Of a stretch of 64,000 nt of DNA, positions 19,572 through 29,665 are shown piece by piece. Source of the DNA: Tepidisphaera sp. (GTDB taxonomy: Bacteria; Planctomycetota; Phycisphaerae; Phycisphaerales; UBA1924); assembly GCA_050916045.1 (NCBI GenBank), contig CP051526.1:640001-704000 (forward strand), read 5' to 3'. The position numbers and the translations under genes were made by a program. Each line of letters opens with the position of its first letter. The first letter of the stretch is position 1. The notes below the pieces were generated by a model. That model made no database searches. It was not told where the DNA came from and saw only the letters and a list, made by a program, of their open reading frames with translations.

Positions 19572-21341
19572 TTAGCCGCCGGCGAGGCGGACGGCCCGGA
19601 GCGCGAGGAACATCGGGATCTCGCGGCGGGCGCGGTTCTCCTCGGCGGCGCGGGGGCCCGGCTGGCTGAGGCGGACGGAGGGCCACTCCTCCATCGCGTC
19701 CACCGCGAACCCGGCGTGGCCGAGCGCGTTGATGTACGCCTGGATTGGCCGGTGGTACGTCATCGTGACCACCGGTTCCTTGCCCGAAGCCGCCGCTCCC
19801 GGGTTCATCACGATCTCTTTGGAACCCGACGAGAGATACCCGTCCACGCGCCGGTACTGGCGCGGTGCGGGAGCGTCCTTGGACATCGGCGGCGGTGCTT
19901 TGCCGAGCTTGGCCGCCGCGGTCTTGGATGGGGGCGGGTTCTCCCAGCCCCAGGACGTCTGACCGGGAGCTCGGAAAGCGGGGTGAAGCAGTACGAGGAC
20001 GAACCTGCCGCCGGGCCTCACGACCTTGGCGACACCGGACATGACCGAGGAGATCGGCTCGATGTTCATGATCGCCATGACGCAGGCGGCGGAGTCGAAC
20101 GCTCCGATGTTGAGCGTCGCGAGGCGGCGGGCGTCGGCGGCGATGTAGGTTTCGGGCCCGAGCTGCGACGCCCGCTCGATGAGCTTGGGCGCGGCGTCGA
20201 CGCCGACGACCTCCGCTCCAGCGGCGGCCAAGCGGCGGCAGAGGATCCCCTGACCGCAGGCGACGTCGAGCACGCGATGACCCGGCGCGATCGAGAGAAG
20301 CCGCTGCGTCCCCGGAAGGATGATCTGCTCGTGGTGATCGCTGACGCGATCTTCGAGAAGCTCGTCATACCACGAAGCGACGTGGTTCCACGACGAAGCG
20401 ACCGATGCGGGGTCGGTGACGTTTGCCGGCCGCGCGGCGGGGGCCGGCTTGGCCGCGGGGGCGTTCGCCGCACCGGGGGCCGCCACGGGCGAGGCTGCGA
20501 CGGGCGAGGACGGCGCGGCGAGGTCGCCTTCGCGGATTCCGGCGGCTTTGAAAAAGACCGGCGGGATCGGGCTTTCGAACCGGACTTCGCGGCCGGAAGC
20601 GGGGTGGGTGAAGCCAAGTTCGATAGCGTGGAGGCAGAGGCGGTTGCCCGGATCGGCTTTGTGGTCGTATCGGCGGTCGCCGACGATGGGGAAGCCCAGG
20701 TGCGCGAGGTGAGCGCGGATCTGGTGCTTGCGGCCGGTTTCGAGCTTGACCTCGAGAATGGATCGTCTGGGCGAGCGGCCGATGACTCGGTAGTGGGTGA
20801 CGGCCGGCTTGGCGAGGCTGAGCTCTTCGTCGGACTCGTTGCGGCGGAGGTGGGCGGGGACGGCTCTTGGGGACTCGGCGGTGTGGACGGTGCCGCGGGT
20901 GTCTTCGTAAAGGAAGGATTCGACGGTCCCGACGGAGCGGTCGTGGGGGACGACTCCTTCGACCACGGCGGCGTAGAGGCGGTGGGTGCGGCGGGCTTGA
21001 AGCTCGGCTTTGAGCATCTCGTAGGCCCGCTCGGTCTTGGCGAAGACGAGAAGTCCGGACGCTTCTCGGTCGAGTCGGTGGATGATCCAGGTGCGGGTGC
21101 CGCGCTGGGCTCGCTGGGTCTTGACGTGGTCCTTGACGCGGGCGAAGACGCTGTCGTGCTCTTCGCCGGCGGGTGTGGCCGAGAGCAGGCCGGCGGGCTT
21201 GTCGACGACGAGGACGTCATCATCCTCGTGGACGATGCGGAGGCCCTTCTGGAGGAAGGTGGGTCGCGGGTCGCGTTTGGATTTGCCGGCGGAGTGGCTT
21301 GCCTGCTTGCCGGGCTTGGAGAATCGACGGGGTTCTTTCAT
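19572..21341 (-). CDS. RluA-family pseudouridine synthase fused to class I SAM methyltransferase
   Basis: VDKPAGL, IHRLDREASG, LETGRKHQIRAHL, GDRRY, LCLHA; P/A linker; then VLDVACGQG. Confidence 0.85.
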   Translation of the reverse strand: MKEPRRFSKPGKQASHSAGKSKRDPRPTFLQKGLRIVHEDDDVLVVDKPAGLLSATPAGEEHDSVFARVKDHVKTQRAQRGTRTWIIHRLDREASGLLVFAKTERAYEMLKAELQARRTHRLYAAVVEGVVPHDRSVGTVESFLYEDTRGTVHTAESPRAVPAHLRRNESDEELSLAKPAVTHYRVIGRSPRRSILEVKLETGRKHQIRAHLAHLGFPIVGDRRYDHKADPGNRLCLHAIELGFTHPASGREVRFESPIPPVFFKAAGIREGDLAAPSSPVAASPVAAPGAANAPAAKPAPAARPANVTDPASVASSWNHVASWYDELLEDRVSDHHEQIILPGTQRLLSIAPGHRVLDVACGQGILCRRLAAAGAEVVGVDAAPKLIERASQLGPETYIAADARRLATLNIGAFDSAACVMAIMNIEPISSVMSGVAKVVRPGGRFVLVLLHPAFRAPGQTSWGWENPPPSKTAAAKLGKAPPPMSKDAPAPRQYRRVDGYLSSGSKEIVMNPGAAASGKEPVVTMTYHRPIQAYINALGHAGFAVDAMEEWPSVRLSQPGPRAAEENRARREIPMFLALRAVRLAGG

Positions 21342-21799
21342 CGTGCGGTCTCGATCGCGGCGCTGGACAAGCCTGGCGGTGCGGCGGTTGGTCGGGAGAG
21401 GGAGCGTGATCGTAGCGAAGCGGGGTCCGCCGCAGGCCGACCGAACGAAAGCCTTCTTGGCAGCGCGGGCGTTCGCGGGGCGGGACGAATCCGGAACCGG
21501 ACCGGTTCCGGCCGCGTATCGGGATTCTCGAAGATGTGGGCCCCAACAGAAGGGTGACGGCGAAGTGGTCCGTGGCCGCGAGAGCGGTTCGGCTCGGTCG
21601 GGGCGGCGCGACCGGAGGTTCTTTGGCGGCGCAGAGAGAGGGAGAATGTGATACCCTCCCCGCCCCTGAAAGAATCCTACTCTTCCGCGCCGCGCGAGCG
21701 GCCGAAGCGGGGTGACCGGAGGGGCTCGGATTGGTGAGGTTGGGCGAGATGAGTGTTGACGACCGGCCGGCAAAGCCGAGTTGAGGAGCAGGTGTCCGC

Positions 21800-23554
21800 A
21801 TGGCGCGATCACGCAAGAAGTTGGGCGAAATTCTCGTGGGTTGGGGCGTGATCACCGCCGACCAGGCCGAAAAAGCGACGCAGCAGGCGCAGAAGTCGGG
21901 CAAGCGGCTCGGCGATGCGCTCGTCGATTTGGGCTTTGCCAAGGACACCGACGTGGCCAAGGGGCTCGCGAACCAGTTCGGGATGGAGTACTTCGATCTC
22001 GACGTGTCGGGCGCGGCTTCCAAGATCAATCCCAAGCTCGTCCCGGACGACGTGATCAAGAAGTACCTCGTGCTTCCGATCTCCAAGAGCGGGAATCGCC
22101 TTCAGCTCGTCATCCACGATCCGCTGGACCTTGAGCTTCAGGACATGCTTCGGTTCCGGCTGAACGTCGACATCGACCCCAGAATCGCGGCCCGATCGCA
22201 GATCAAGCGTTTCGTGGACGGCGGCGGGGGCGGCGGCGCGGCAGCCCCGAAGATGGACAAGCCGCTGGCGCCTGGCCAGTCGCTGGTGACGGAATCCATC
22301 GACAAGACGATCGACCGCTCAGTCGACCGGTCGATGGACAAGTCGATCGACATCAGCTCGGACGAAGCCCCGATCGTCCGCCTCTGCAACCGAATCCTGA
22401 GCGAAGCCGTGAAGATGCGGGCGTCGGACGTGCACATCGAGCCGATGGCCGATCGCGTGCGTCTCCGGTACCGCATCGACGGCGTCTGCGTCGAACGCGA
22501 CAACCTGCCCAAGCGCATGCAGAACTCCATGCTCTCCCGCTTCAAGCTGATGAGCGGCATGAACATCGCGGAAAAGCGCGTGCCGCAGGACGGCCGCATC
22601 AAGCTGCTGGTGGACGAAGTCTTCATCGACTTCCGCGTGTCGGCCTGCCCCGCGTACCACGGCGAGAGCGTGGTGGCCCGTATTCTGCGACCCGACAGCG
22701 TGCGAATCGGCCTGGCGAACCTCGGTTTCGAGCCCGAAAACCTCGCGACGTTCAACAAGATCATCCGCAAGCCCAACGGCATCTTCCTCGTGACGGGGCC
22801 GACCGGTTCGGGCAAGACGACCACGCTCTACACCGCGCTGGACATCCTCAACCGCCCCGACAAGAAGATCATCACCGCCGAAGACCCCGTCGAATACCAG
22901 TTCGAAGGGATCAACCAGTGCCAGGTGAAGGAGCACATCGGCCTGTCGTTCTCGGCGATTCTCCGCTCGATGCTGCGTCAGGCTCCCAACATCATTCTGG
23001 TCGGTGAAATCCGAGACAAGGAAGTCGCGGAGATCGCGATTCAGGCCGCTCTGACCGGCCACCTGGTCTTCTCGACCCTCCACACCAACGACGCCCCCTC
23101 GGCGATGACGCGACTTGTGGACATGGGCGTCAAGCCGTTCCTGGTCGCAAGCTCGATCCAGGCCGTCCTCGCCCAGCGACTCATCCGAATCCTCTGCAAG
23201 GAGTGCAAGGGTGCGCTGGATGAGAACCCCGACCCCAAGTACCTCCGCCTCTGCGGCATCTCCGCGATGGAAGCAGAGGGCAAGGTGCTCAAGCCCGTCG
23301 GCTGCCCGGCGTGCAACAACACCGGCTACCGCGGCCGCCGAGCCATCTTCGAGATGATGGTGATGAACGGCGAACTGCGCGACCTGGCGTTCAAGCTGGC
23401 GCCGATCAGCGATCTCCGCAAAGCCGCCAAAGCCAACGGAATGCTCCCCCTCGTCAACGACGGAAAGATCAAGGTCCTCAAGGGGATGACGACCCCCGAC
23501 GAAGTGGCACGCAACACCCAGGTGGACCTCGATAACGAAGCCGTTTCCACCTGA
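21800..23554 (+). CDS. pilB: GspE/PilB-family assembly ATPase (copy 1)
   Basis: N-terminal KLGEIL (MshEN-like), ASDVHIEP, GPTGSGKTT, EDPVEY, LRQAPNIILVGEIRD, tetracysteine motif. Confidence 0.9.
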   Translation: MARSRKKLGEILVGWGVITADQAEKATQQAQKSGKRLGDALVDLGFAKDTDVAKGLANQFGMEYFDLDVSGAASKINPKLVPDDVIKKYLVLPISKSGNRLQLVIHDPLDLELQDMLRFRLNVDIDPRIAARSQIKRFVDGGGGGGAAAPKMDKPLAPGQSLVTESIDKTIDRSVDRSMDKSIDISSDEAPIVRLCNRILSEAVKMRASDVHIEPMADRVRLRYRIDGVCVERDNLPKRMQNSMLSRFKLMSGMNIAEKRVPQDGRIKLLVDEVFIDFRVSACPAYHGESVVARILRPDSVRIGLANLGFEPENLATFNKIIRKPNGIFLVTGPTGSGKTTTLYTALDILNRPDKKIITAEDPVEYQFEGINQCQVKEHIGLSFSAILRSMLRQAPNIILVGEIRDKEVAEIAIQAALTGHLVFSTLHTNDAPSAMTRLVDMGVKPFLVASSIQAVLAQRLIRILCKECKGALDENPDPKYLRLCGISAMEAEGKVLKPVGCPACNNTGYRGRRAIFEMMVMNGELRDLAFKLAPISDLRKAAKANGMLPLVNDGKIKVLKGMTTPDEVARNTQVDLDNEAVST

Positions 23555-23632
23555 TGTTCGCGATGTGGGCCGAAAGTGACCGGGCGAGCCGCGCGATGCA
23601 AGGCTTCCAAGCCCCCTGAAGGATGAGTTGAC

Positions 23633-24757
23633 ATGTCTTCGATGCAGATTGACCGCTTGCTCGACACCGTGGTGAAGCTCAGCGCCTCCGACTTGCACCT
23701 CACCGTGGGCCGGCCCCCGACCCTCCGCCTGCACAGCCACCTGCGCAACCTCCAGACCAAGGTCCTGGACAGCGACGACATGGTCTCGCTGATGAAAGCC
23801 ATCACCCCCGAACGCAACCAGCAGGAACTGCAGGAAAAGGGCGGCACCGACTTCGGCTTCGCCTACGGCGACGCGGCCCGCTTTCGCGTGTCGGTCTTCC
23901 GCCAGCGCGGCGACCTCGCCATGGTCCTCCGCCAGATTCCCAAGAAGCTCCTGACGTTCGAGCAGATCGGCCTCCCCGAAATCTGCCGCGACCTCATCCG
24001 CCGCCCCCGTGGTCTGTTCCTTGTTACCGGACCTACCGGTTCGGGTAAGACGACCTCGCTGGCCACGATGGTGGATTACGTCAACACGAACATGGATCGG
24101 CACATCGTCACGATGGAAGACCCGATCGAGTACTACCACTACCACAAGAAGTCGATCGTGAACCAGCGAGCGATCCACGACGACGTGCCGAGCTTCGCCG
24201 AAGCTCTCCGCCGCGTGCTTCGTTCGGACCCGGACGTGATCCTGGTCGGCGAAATGCGAGACCTGGAAACGATCGAAGCAGCCATCCGAGCCGCCGAAAC
24301 GGGCCACTTGGTGTTCGGCACCCTGCACACCACCGGTGCGGCCAAGACCATCGACCGTATCGTCGACGCCTTCCCCGTCAGCCAGCAGAACCAGATCCGG
24401 GTGCAGCTCTCGACGGCCCTCATCTGCGTGCTGAGCCAGGTGCTCCTCGCCCGCGTCGATACCGCGGGAATGGTGGCCGGGTACGAGTTCCTCGTGGTGA
24501 CCCCCGCCATCGCCAACCTCATCCGCGAAGGCAAGACCTTCCGAATCGACTCGGCCATTCAGACCGGCAAAAAGTTCGGCATGCAGCTCCTCGACGACCA
24601 CCTCTGGTCGCTCTACTCCGCCGGCAAGATCGCGGCAGAGGAGATGATCGACAAGAGCAAAAATCCAGCCGAGCTGACGGATCGCATCCATCGTCTGGGT
24701 CGGACCGTGGGCCGTCAGGAATGGGACGAAGACATCGATCTGGCGAAGGAGTCGTGA
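23633..24757 (+). CDS. pilT: Type IV pilus retraction ATPase PilT
   Basis: ASDLHL, GPTGSGKTTSL, EDPIEY, LRSDPDVILVGEMRD, AETGHLVFGTLHT, ANLIRE, GMQLLD. Confidence 0.93.
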   Translation: MSSMQIDRLLDTVVKLSASDLHLTVGRPPTLRLHSHLRNLQTKVLDSDDMVSLMKAITPERNQQELQEKGGTDFGFAYGDAARFRVSVFRQRGDLAMVLRQIPKKLLTFEQIGLPEICRDLIRRPRGLFLVTGPTGSGKTTSLATMVDYVNTNMDRHIVTMEDPIEYYHYHKKSIVNQRAIHDDVPSFAEALRRVLRSDPDVILVGEMRDLETIEAAIRAAETGHLVFGTLHTTGAAKTIDRIVDAFPVSQQNQIRVQLSTALICVLSQVLLARVDTAGMVAGYEFLVVTPAIANLIREGKTFRIDSAIQTGKKFGMQLLDDHLWSLYSAGKIAAEEMIDKSKNPAELTDRIHRLGRTVGRQEWDEDIDLAKES

Positions 24758-24960
24758 TCAGAGGCCCTTCAGCGGGCCTCGGTTGGCTTCCAAATCGTCA
24801 AAAATCCAGATGTCGTGTCCAAAATCGTTGAATAAACTCAATCCTCAGCGCCAACCGATCGGCTAAGCTCTCCGAAAGGGAGTGTGGCGTCGGTTGGTTT
24901 CGCGGCGCCATCTCGATCCGGAGGGGTCCGTCGTCGAGATTCGGTGATCCCGGTTTGGCC

Positions 24961-25300
24961 GGGAGTTGGACGGGGTGGGATGGGGTGGGGCGGCCGCTTT
25001 GAGGGTGATGGTGTGGGGGACTTGGGTACGGGGTTTGCGGGTGGGGGAACGGTGGCGGGTTGGAGCGGGGGTTGGTGGTGGGGACCCGGCGTCGCGGGGA
25101 CGTCGGGTTGGATCGGGGATGGGTGGCAGGAGAGCAGGGGGACTTGGTTGGGGGACTTGGTCGGGGGAGTTGTGTGGGGGTCTGGGTGGGGGGCTTGGGT
25201 GGGGGACCTGGGCGGCGATTGTGCCGGGCGGGTAGTCTGGTTCGGGTTCTGGGGAACGGGGCGGTGGGGGAGTGGAAGGGTGGGTTTGGCGGCGGGGGTC
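24961..25300 (+). repeat. G-rich low-complexity intergenic tract with G-quadruplex motifs and a degenerate 12-13 bp tandem repeat
   Basis: GGGGTGGGATGGGGTGGGG at 24972-24990; about six GGGGG(A)C(T)TGG-like units at 25137-25212. Confidence 0.75.
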
Positions 25301-25384
25301 GAGGATTGGTTTGGCGCTGACTCGAAACCGAGCTGATCGGCTGAGCTGATTGGAAGACCTGACGAAGCGGACCCGGAGACGAAC

Positions 25385-27124
25385 ATGGCGGAAGACGCGC
25401 TGGACCTTTCGAAGACCAAAGGGCAAAAGCTCGGCCGCATCCTCACGAAGATGGGCAGGACCACTCGTGAGCAGGTGCACGAGGCTTTGGCCATCCAGAA
25501 GACCCGCAAAGCCAAGCTCGGGCAGATCCTGTCCGAACTCGGGTACTGCAACGAGCGTGATGTGCACGCCGGGCTGGCCGCGCAGGCCGGCTTGGAGTAC
25601 GTGGACCTCAAGGGTCTTGAGATGACCGACGCCCTCAAGGGGGCCGTGCCCTCCGAGAACATCCGCAGCTACGAGGTCATCCCGATCGAGTACAACCCCA
25701 ACGCCAAGCGGGTGAAGATCGCGATGAAGAGCCCGGACAATTTCCGGGCCGTCGACGACCTTCGCTTGCTGATGGGCTTCAACGTGGAAGCCGTGGTCGC
25801 CGATCCGGCGCAGGTCGACTCGATCATCGCCAAGCATTTCTCGAAGAAGGAGTCGGTGGCCGAGGTCGTGCAGGGTCTGGACACCAAGAAGTTCGAGGGG
25901 ATCGCTCGCGGGGACCAGTCGATCGACCTTGACGCGCTGAGCAAAGCCGCGGGGGACAACGAGATCGTCAAGCTCGTGAACCTCGTGCTTCTGCAGGCGA
26001 TCAGGGACAAGGCTTCGGACATCCACTTCGAGCCTTTCGAGAACGAATTCAAGATGCGGTACCGCATCGACGGCGTGCTTTACGAGATGGTGCCGCCGCC
26101 CAAGCAGCTAGGCCCGGCGATCACGAGCCGCGTGAAGGTCATGGCGAATCTGGACATCGCCGAGCGTCGTCTGCCGCAGGACGGTCGTATCGAGCTGACG
26201 CTCGCCGGCCGCCCGGTGGATCTGCGCATCGCGGTGCTTCCGACCATGCACGGCGAGAGCGTGGTGATGCGAATCCTGGACCGGAGCAACGTCGAGCTTT
26301 CGCTCGAGCGTCTGGGCCTGCGGCCGGACGATCTGACGGTGATCCGCCACCAGATCAACAAGCCCAACGGGATCGTGATCGTGACGGGGCCGACGGGCTC
26401 GGGCAAGACGACGACGCTTTACGCGGCGCTGGCCGAGCTCAACGCGATTGACACGAAGATCCTGACGGCGGAGGACCCGGTCGAGTACGACATCGACGGC
26501 CTTTGTCAGTGCCAGGTGAACGTTGAGACGGAGACGACGTTCGCGAAGCTGCTTCGCAGCTTCCTGCGTCAGGACCCGGACATCATCCTGGTGGGCGAGA
26601 TCCGCGACCTTGAGACCGCGCAGATCGCGGTGCAGGCATCGCTGACGGGCCACCTTGTGCTGAGCACGCTCCACACCAACGACGCGCCGAGCAGCGTGGT
26701 GCGACTGATGGACCTTGGACTCGAGGCGTTCTTGCTGACGGCGACGCTGGAAGGCGTGATCGCGCAGCGGCTTGCCAGGACGATCTGCTCCAAGTGCAAG
26801 GAGGCGTACGAGCCCAAGCTTGAGGAGCTGATGGAACTGGCGTTGACGCCCGAGAAGGTGCGCGGGCGGAAGTTCTTCCGCGGCAAGGGCTGCGAGAACT
26901 GCCACAACTCCGGGTACAAGGGCCGCATGGCGCTCTTTGAACTGATGTCGGTGGACGACGAGATGCGCGACCTCATCATGAAAGCGGCCAGCACGACGGT
27001 TCTCCGCGACCACGCGAGGAAGCGCGGCATGCGGTCGCTCCGCGAGAGCGGCCTGATGGCGATCTACGAGGGTCAGACGACGATCGACGAGGTCGTCCGC
27101 GAGACGCTCTCGGAAGAGGACTGA
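25385..27124 (+). CDS. pilB: GspE/PilB-family assembly ATPase (copy 2)
   Basis: KLGRIL/KLGQIL, ASDIHFEP, GPTGSGKTT, LRQDPDIILVGEIRD, CSKC...CENC. Confidence 0.92.
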   Translation: MAEDALDLSKTKGQKLGRILTKMGRTTREQVHEALAIQKTRKAKLGQILSELGYCNERDVHAGLAAQAGLEYVDLKGLEMTDALKGAVPSENIRSYEVIPIEYNPNAKRVKIAMKSPDNFRAVDDLRLLMGFNVEAVVADPAQVDSIIAKHFSKKESVAEVVQGLDTKKFEGIARGDQSIDLDALSKAAGDNEIVKLVNLVLLQAIRDKASDIHFEPFENEFKMRYRIDGVLYEMVPPPKQLGPAITSRVKVMANLDIAERRLPQDGRIELTLAGRPVDLRIAVLPTMHGESVVMRILDRSNVELSLERLGLRPDDLTVIRHQINKPNGIVIVTGPTGSGKTTTLYAALAELNAIDTKILTAEDPVEYDIDGLCQCQVNVETETTFAKLLRSFLRQDPDIILVGEIRDLETAQIAVQASLTGHLVLSTLHTNDAPSSVVRLMDLGLEAFLLTATLEGVIAQRLARTICSKCKEAYEPKLEELMELALTPEKVRGRKFFRGKGCENCHNSGYKGRMALFELMSVDDEMRDLIMKAASTTVLRDHARKRGMRSLRESGLMAIYEGQTTIDEVVRETLSEED

Positions 27125-27227
27125 TCCCGTGCCAGCGGGATCGGAAGAGCGGGCTGGGGCGTGTGGGGCTGAGGCGGGTGCGTAGGGCGGGAACGGCGTT
27201 GGTTTCGGACAGACATTGGAGCAGATC

Positions 27228-28523
27228 ATGGCGACCTTTGGATATGAAGCACTGAACGAGGCCGGCAAGCCCCAGAAGGGGACCATCGAGGCTTCGACGA
27301 AGGAAGAAGCGGTTCAGAAGATCAAGTCGCAGCGTCTGTTCCCGACGCAGGTCAAGGAAGAGAAGTCCGCGAAGAAGGAAGGCGCGGTCGACGCGGCGGC
27401 GCAGGCGAAAGCCAAGGGCCGCAAGAGCGGCAAGAGCGTGGGCATCGGTCGCGTCTCCCAGAAGACGATGACCACCTTCACCCGCCAGCTCTCGACGCTT
27501 CAGGACGCCGGCCTGCCCCTGCTCCGGTCGCTTCAGATTCTGGAAAGCCAGCAGAAGCCGGGCAAGCTGAAGAACGTGCTCATCGGCGTCTGCGAGGACG
27601 TCGAGGGCGGCAACTCGCTGAGCGAAGCGATGGGCAAGTACCCCGCCGCGTTCAACCGCCTGTACGTGAAGATGGTGAACGCCGGCGAGATCGGCGGCGT
27701 GCTGGACGTGATCTTGAAGCGTCTGGCGGAGTTCATGGAGAAGAGCGAGCGTCTGAAGCGGAAGATCAAGGGTGCGATGGTGTACCCCATCGTCGTCATT
27801 CTGATCGCCGCCCTGATTCTGACGGGCATCATGTGGTTCATCATTCCGAAGTTCGAGGAAATCTTCCGCGACTTCGGCGTGGCTCTGCCGGGCCTGACAC
27901 GCGGCCTTATCTTCTCTTCGCGCTGGGTCGCGGGCAAGAACGCGGGCCAGTCCATCCCGGGCGCCCTGGTCATCCTGCCTTCGCCGATCATCATCTGGAT
28001 TCTCTTCAAGCTGATCCGATCGGCGGGCCCGGGCCGGGCGATCACGGACACGATCCTGCTCTGGACGCCCGTGTTCGGCAAGCTTGTGAAGAAGACGATC
28101 ATCGCCCGCTTCACCCGGACGCTCGGCACGCTGATCGCGGCCGGCGTGCCGATCCTCGAGGGCATCAAGATCACGGCCGAGACGAGCGGCAACTACGTGT
28201 ACGAGAAGGCGCTGATGAAGGTGCACGACTCGATCCGCGAGGGCGAGAGCTTTGCCGAGCCGCTGCGTTTGTCGAAGACTTGCGATGCGATCGTCGTCAA
28301 CATGATCGACGTCGGCGAAGAAACGGGCGAAATGGACCAGATGCTGCTGAAGATCGCGGACAACTACGACGAAGAGGTGGACGTGGCGGTGGCCTCGCTG
28401 GTCTCGCTGCTCGAGCCTCTGATGGTGGTGGTGCTTGGCGTGATCGTCGGCACGGTCGTCGTGGCGATGTTCCTCCCGCTGGTCGCGATGATCACGAGCC
28501 TCCAGGGCAGCAACAACGGTTGA
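27228..28523 (+). CDS. pilC: Type IV pilus/T2SS platform protein PilC/GspF
   Basis: FTRQLSTLQDAGLPL, AGEIGGVLD, RTLGTLIAAGVPIL, GEETGEMD, LLEPLM. Confidence 0.93.
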   Translation: MATFGYEALNEAGKPQKGTIEASTKEEAVQKIKSQRLFPTQVKEEKSAKKEGAVDAAAQAKAKGRKSGKSVGIGRVSQKTMTTFTRQLSTLQDAGLPLLRSLQILESQQKPGKLKNVLIGVCEDVEGGNSLSEAMGKYPAAFNRLYVKMVNAGEIGGVLDVILKRLAEFMEKSERLKRKIKGAMVYPIVVILIAALILTGIMWFIIPKFEEIFRDFGVALPGLTRGLIFSSRWVAGKNAGQSIPGALVILPSPIIIWILFKLIRSAGPGRAITDTILLWTPVFGKLVKKTIIARFTRTLGTLIAAGVPILEGIKITAETSGNYVYEKALMKVHDSIREGESFAEPLRLSKTCDAIVVNMIDVGEETGEMDQMLLKIADNYDEEVDVAVASLVSLLEPLMVVVLGVIVGTVVVAMFLPLVAMITSLQGSNNG

Positions 28524-28582
28524 TCGCGGTGGGGGTGGCGGGACGGTGGGCGGGGATGGTCGGTAGCTTGAAGGAGGCCGCG

Positions 28583-29665
28583 ATGCGGATGGTTTCGAAC
28601 GGACGAAGCACGAGGCGGGGAGAAGCGGGTCGTGGAGCCGCGGGCTTTACGATCATCGAGCTTCTCGTCTCGATCGCGGTGATCGCGATCCTCATCGGTC
28701 TCCTGATCGTGGTCGGTCGGATCGCGATCCAGCAGGCCCGCAAAGCTTCGGCCCAGCGGACCGTGCAGGCGATGAGGCAGGGCGTCGAGCAGTTCCGGCA
28801 GGACCACGGGTTCCTTCCTCCGCTGATCGCGGATGAAGCCACCGCGGGCATGCCGAACTTCCGCGGCACCCCGATCTACAACCCCAACGCCGGCCAGGTG
28901 AACCCGATCCGCCCGGTCTTCGCGACGTACCGCGCGAGCCTGGCGAACGACCCGCAGGATCCCAACAAAGCCCGCGAGCGTGACTATCTCCGCGGCTGGA
29001 CCACCGGCAACCAGCGTGTGAACGCGGATGACTACAACGACCCGGCGGACCGTCGGTTCAGCAACTACTCGCTGGGTGTCTACCTCGCGGGGCTGGGCGA
29101 GGTGACGTACGGCAACGCGAACCCGCGCGAGGTGGTGGATGGTGTCGTCGGGCCCGGCTCGGTCGAGCCTCTCGATGACGGGACGTGGGCGATTCCGGCG
29201 GGCACGACGCGGGCTCGCTCGGGCAAGAAGTACGGCTCGCGGTTCCAGGACGGATCCGGCGGGTTCAAGGTCGTCGACGCGGATATCGCCCGTGGCCAGA
29301 ACACCGAGGGCCGGGTCGAGATCCGTGACCGCAACGGCGTGGCGATTCGGTACTACCGCTGGCTTCGCGGCGAGCGCGGCTTGGTGACCGAGAATCTGAA
29401 GCTTCCCAACGGTTCGTACGACGCGAACCTTCTGAACATTCCGCGGATCGTCGGGGACCCGGGCACCAACCCCGAACTTGCGAGCGCGGACTTCGCGATC
29501 GTGGCGGCGGGCGCGGACGGGTTCTTCGGGGACATGCCCGTCGAGGCCGCGACGGCGCAGGCCCGCGAAGCGATGGCCGCAGCGCTCGGCATCGCGTACG
29601 GCGGCTCGCAGGAGCAGCTCGTCCGCAAAGCCCGCGAAGACAACGTCGTGGAGGTGGGACGATGA
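28583..29665 (+). CDS. Prepilin-type N-terminal cleavage/methylation domain protein
   Basis: AAGGAGG SD; G|FTIIELLVSIAVIAIL class III signal. Confidence 0.85.
   Translation: MRMVSNGRSTRRGEAGRGAAGFTIIELLVSIAVIAILIGLLIVVGRIAIQQARKASAQRTVQAMRQGVEQFRQDHGFLPPLIADEATAGMPNFRGTPIYNPNAGQVNPIRPVFATYRASLANDPQDPNKARERDYLRGWTTGNQRVNADDYNDPADRRFSNYSLGVYLAGLGEVTYGNANPREVVDGVVGPGSVEPLDDGTWAIPAGTTRARSGKKYGSRFQDGSGGFKVVDADIARGQNTEGRVEIRDRNGVAIRYYRWLRGERGLVTENLKLPNGSYDANLLNIPRIVGDPGTNPELASADFAIVAAGADGFFGDMPVEAATAQAREAMAAALGIAYGGSQEQLVRKAREDNVVEVGR

Noticed and set aside
24838..25662. Pro-rich and Gly/Trp-rich ORFs across the G tract
   Set aside because: These are low-complexity translation artefacts of G runs, with no credible start signals or domains.
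27833..28582. Long N-terminal extensions in the ORF track (also 46524, 48597, 51565, 21812)
   Set aside because: They overlap bona fide upstream genes or promoters; downstream starts with SD sites, signal peptides or coupled stops fit better.
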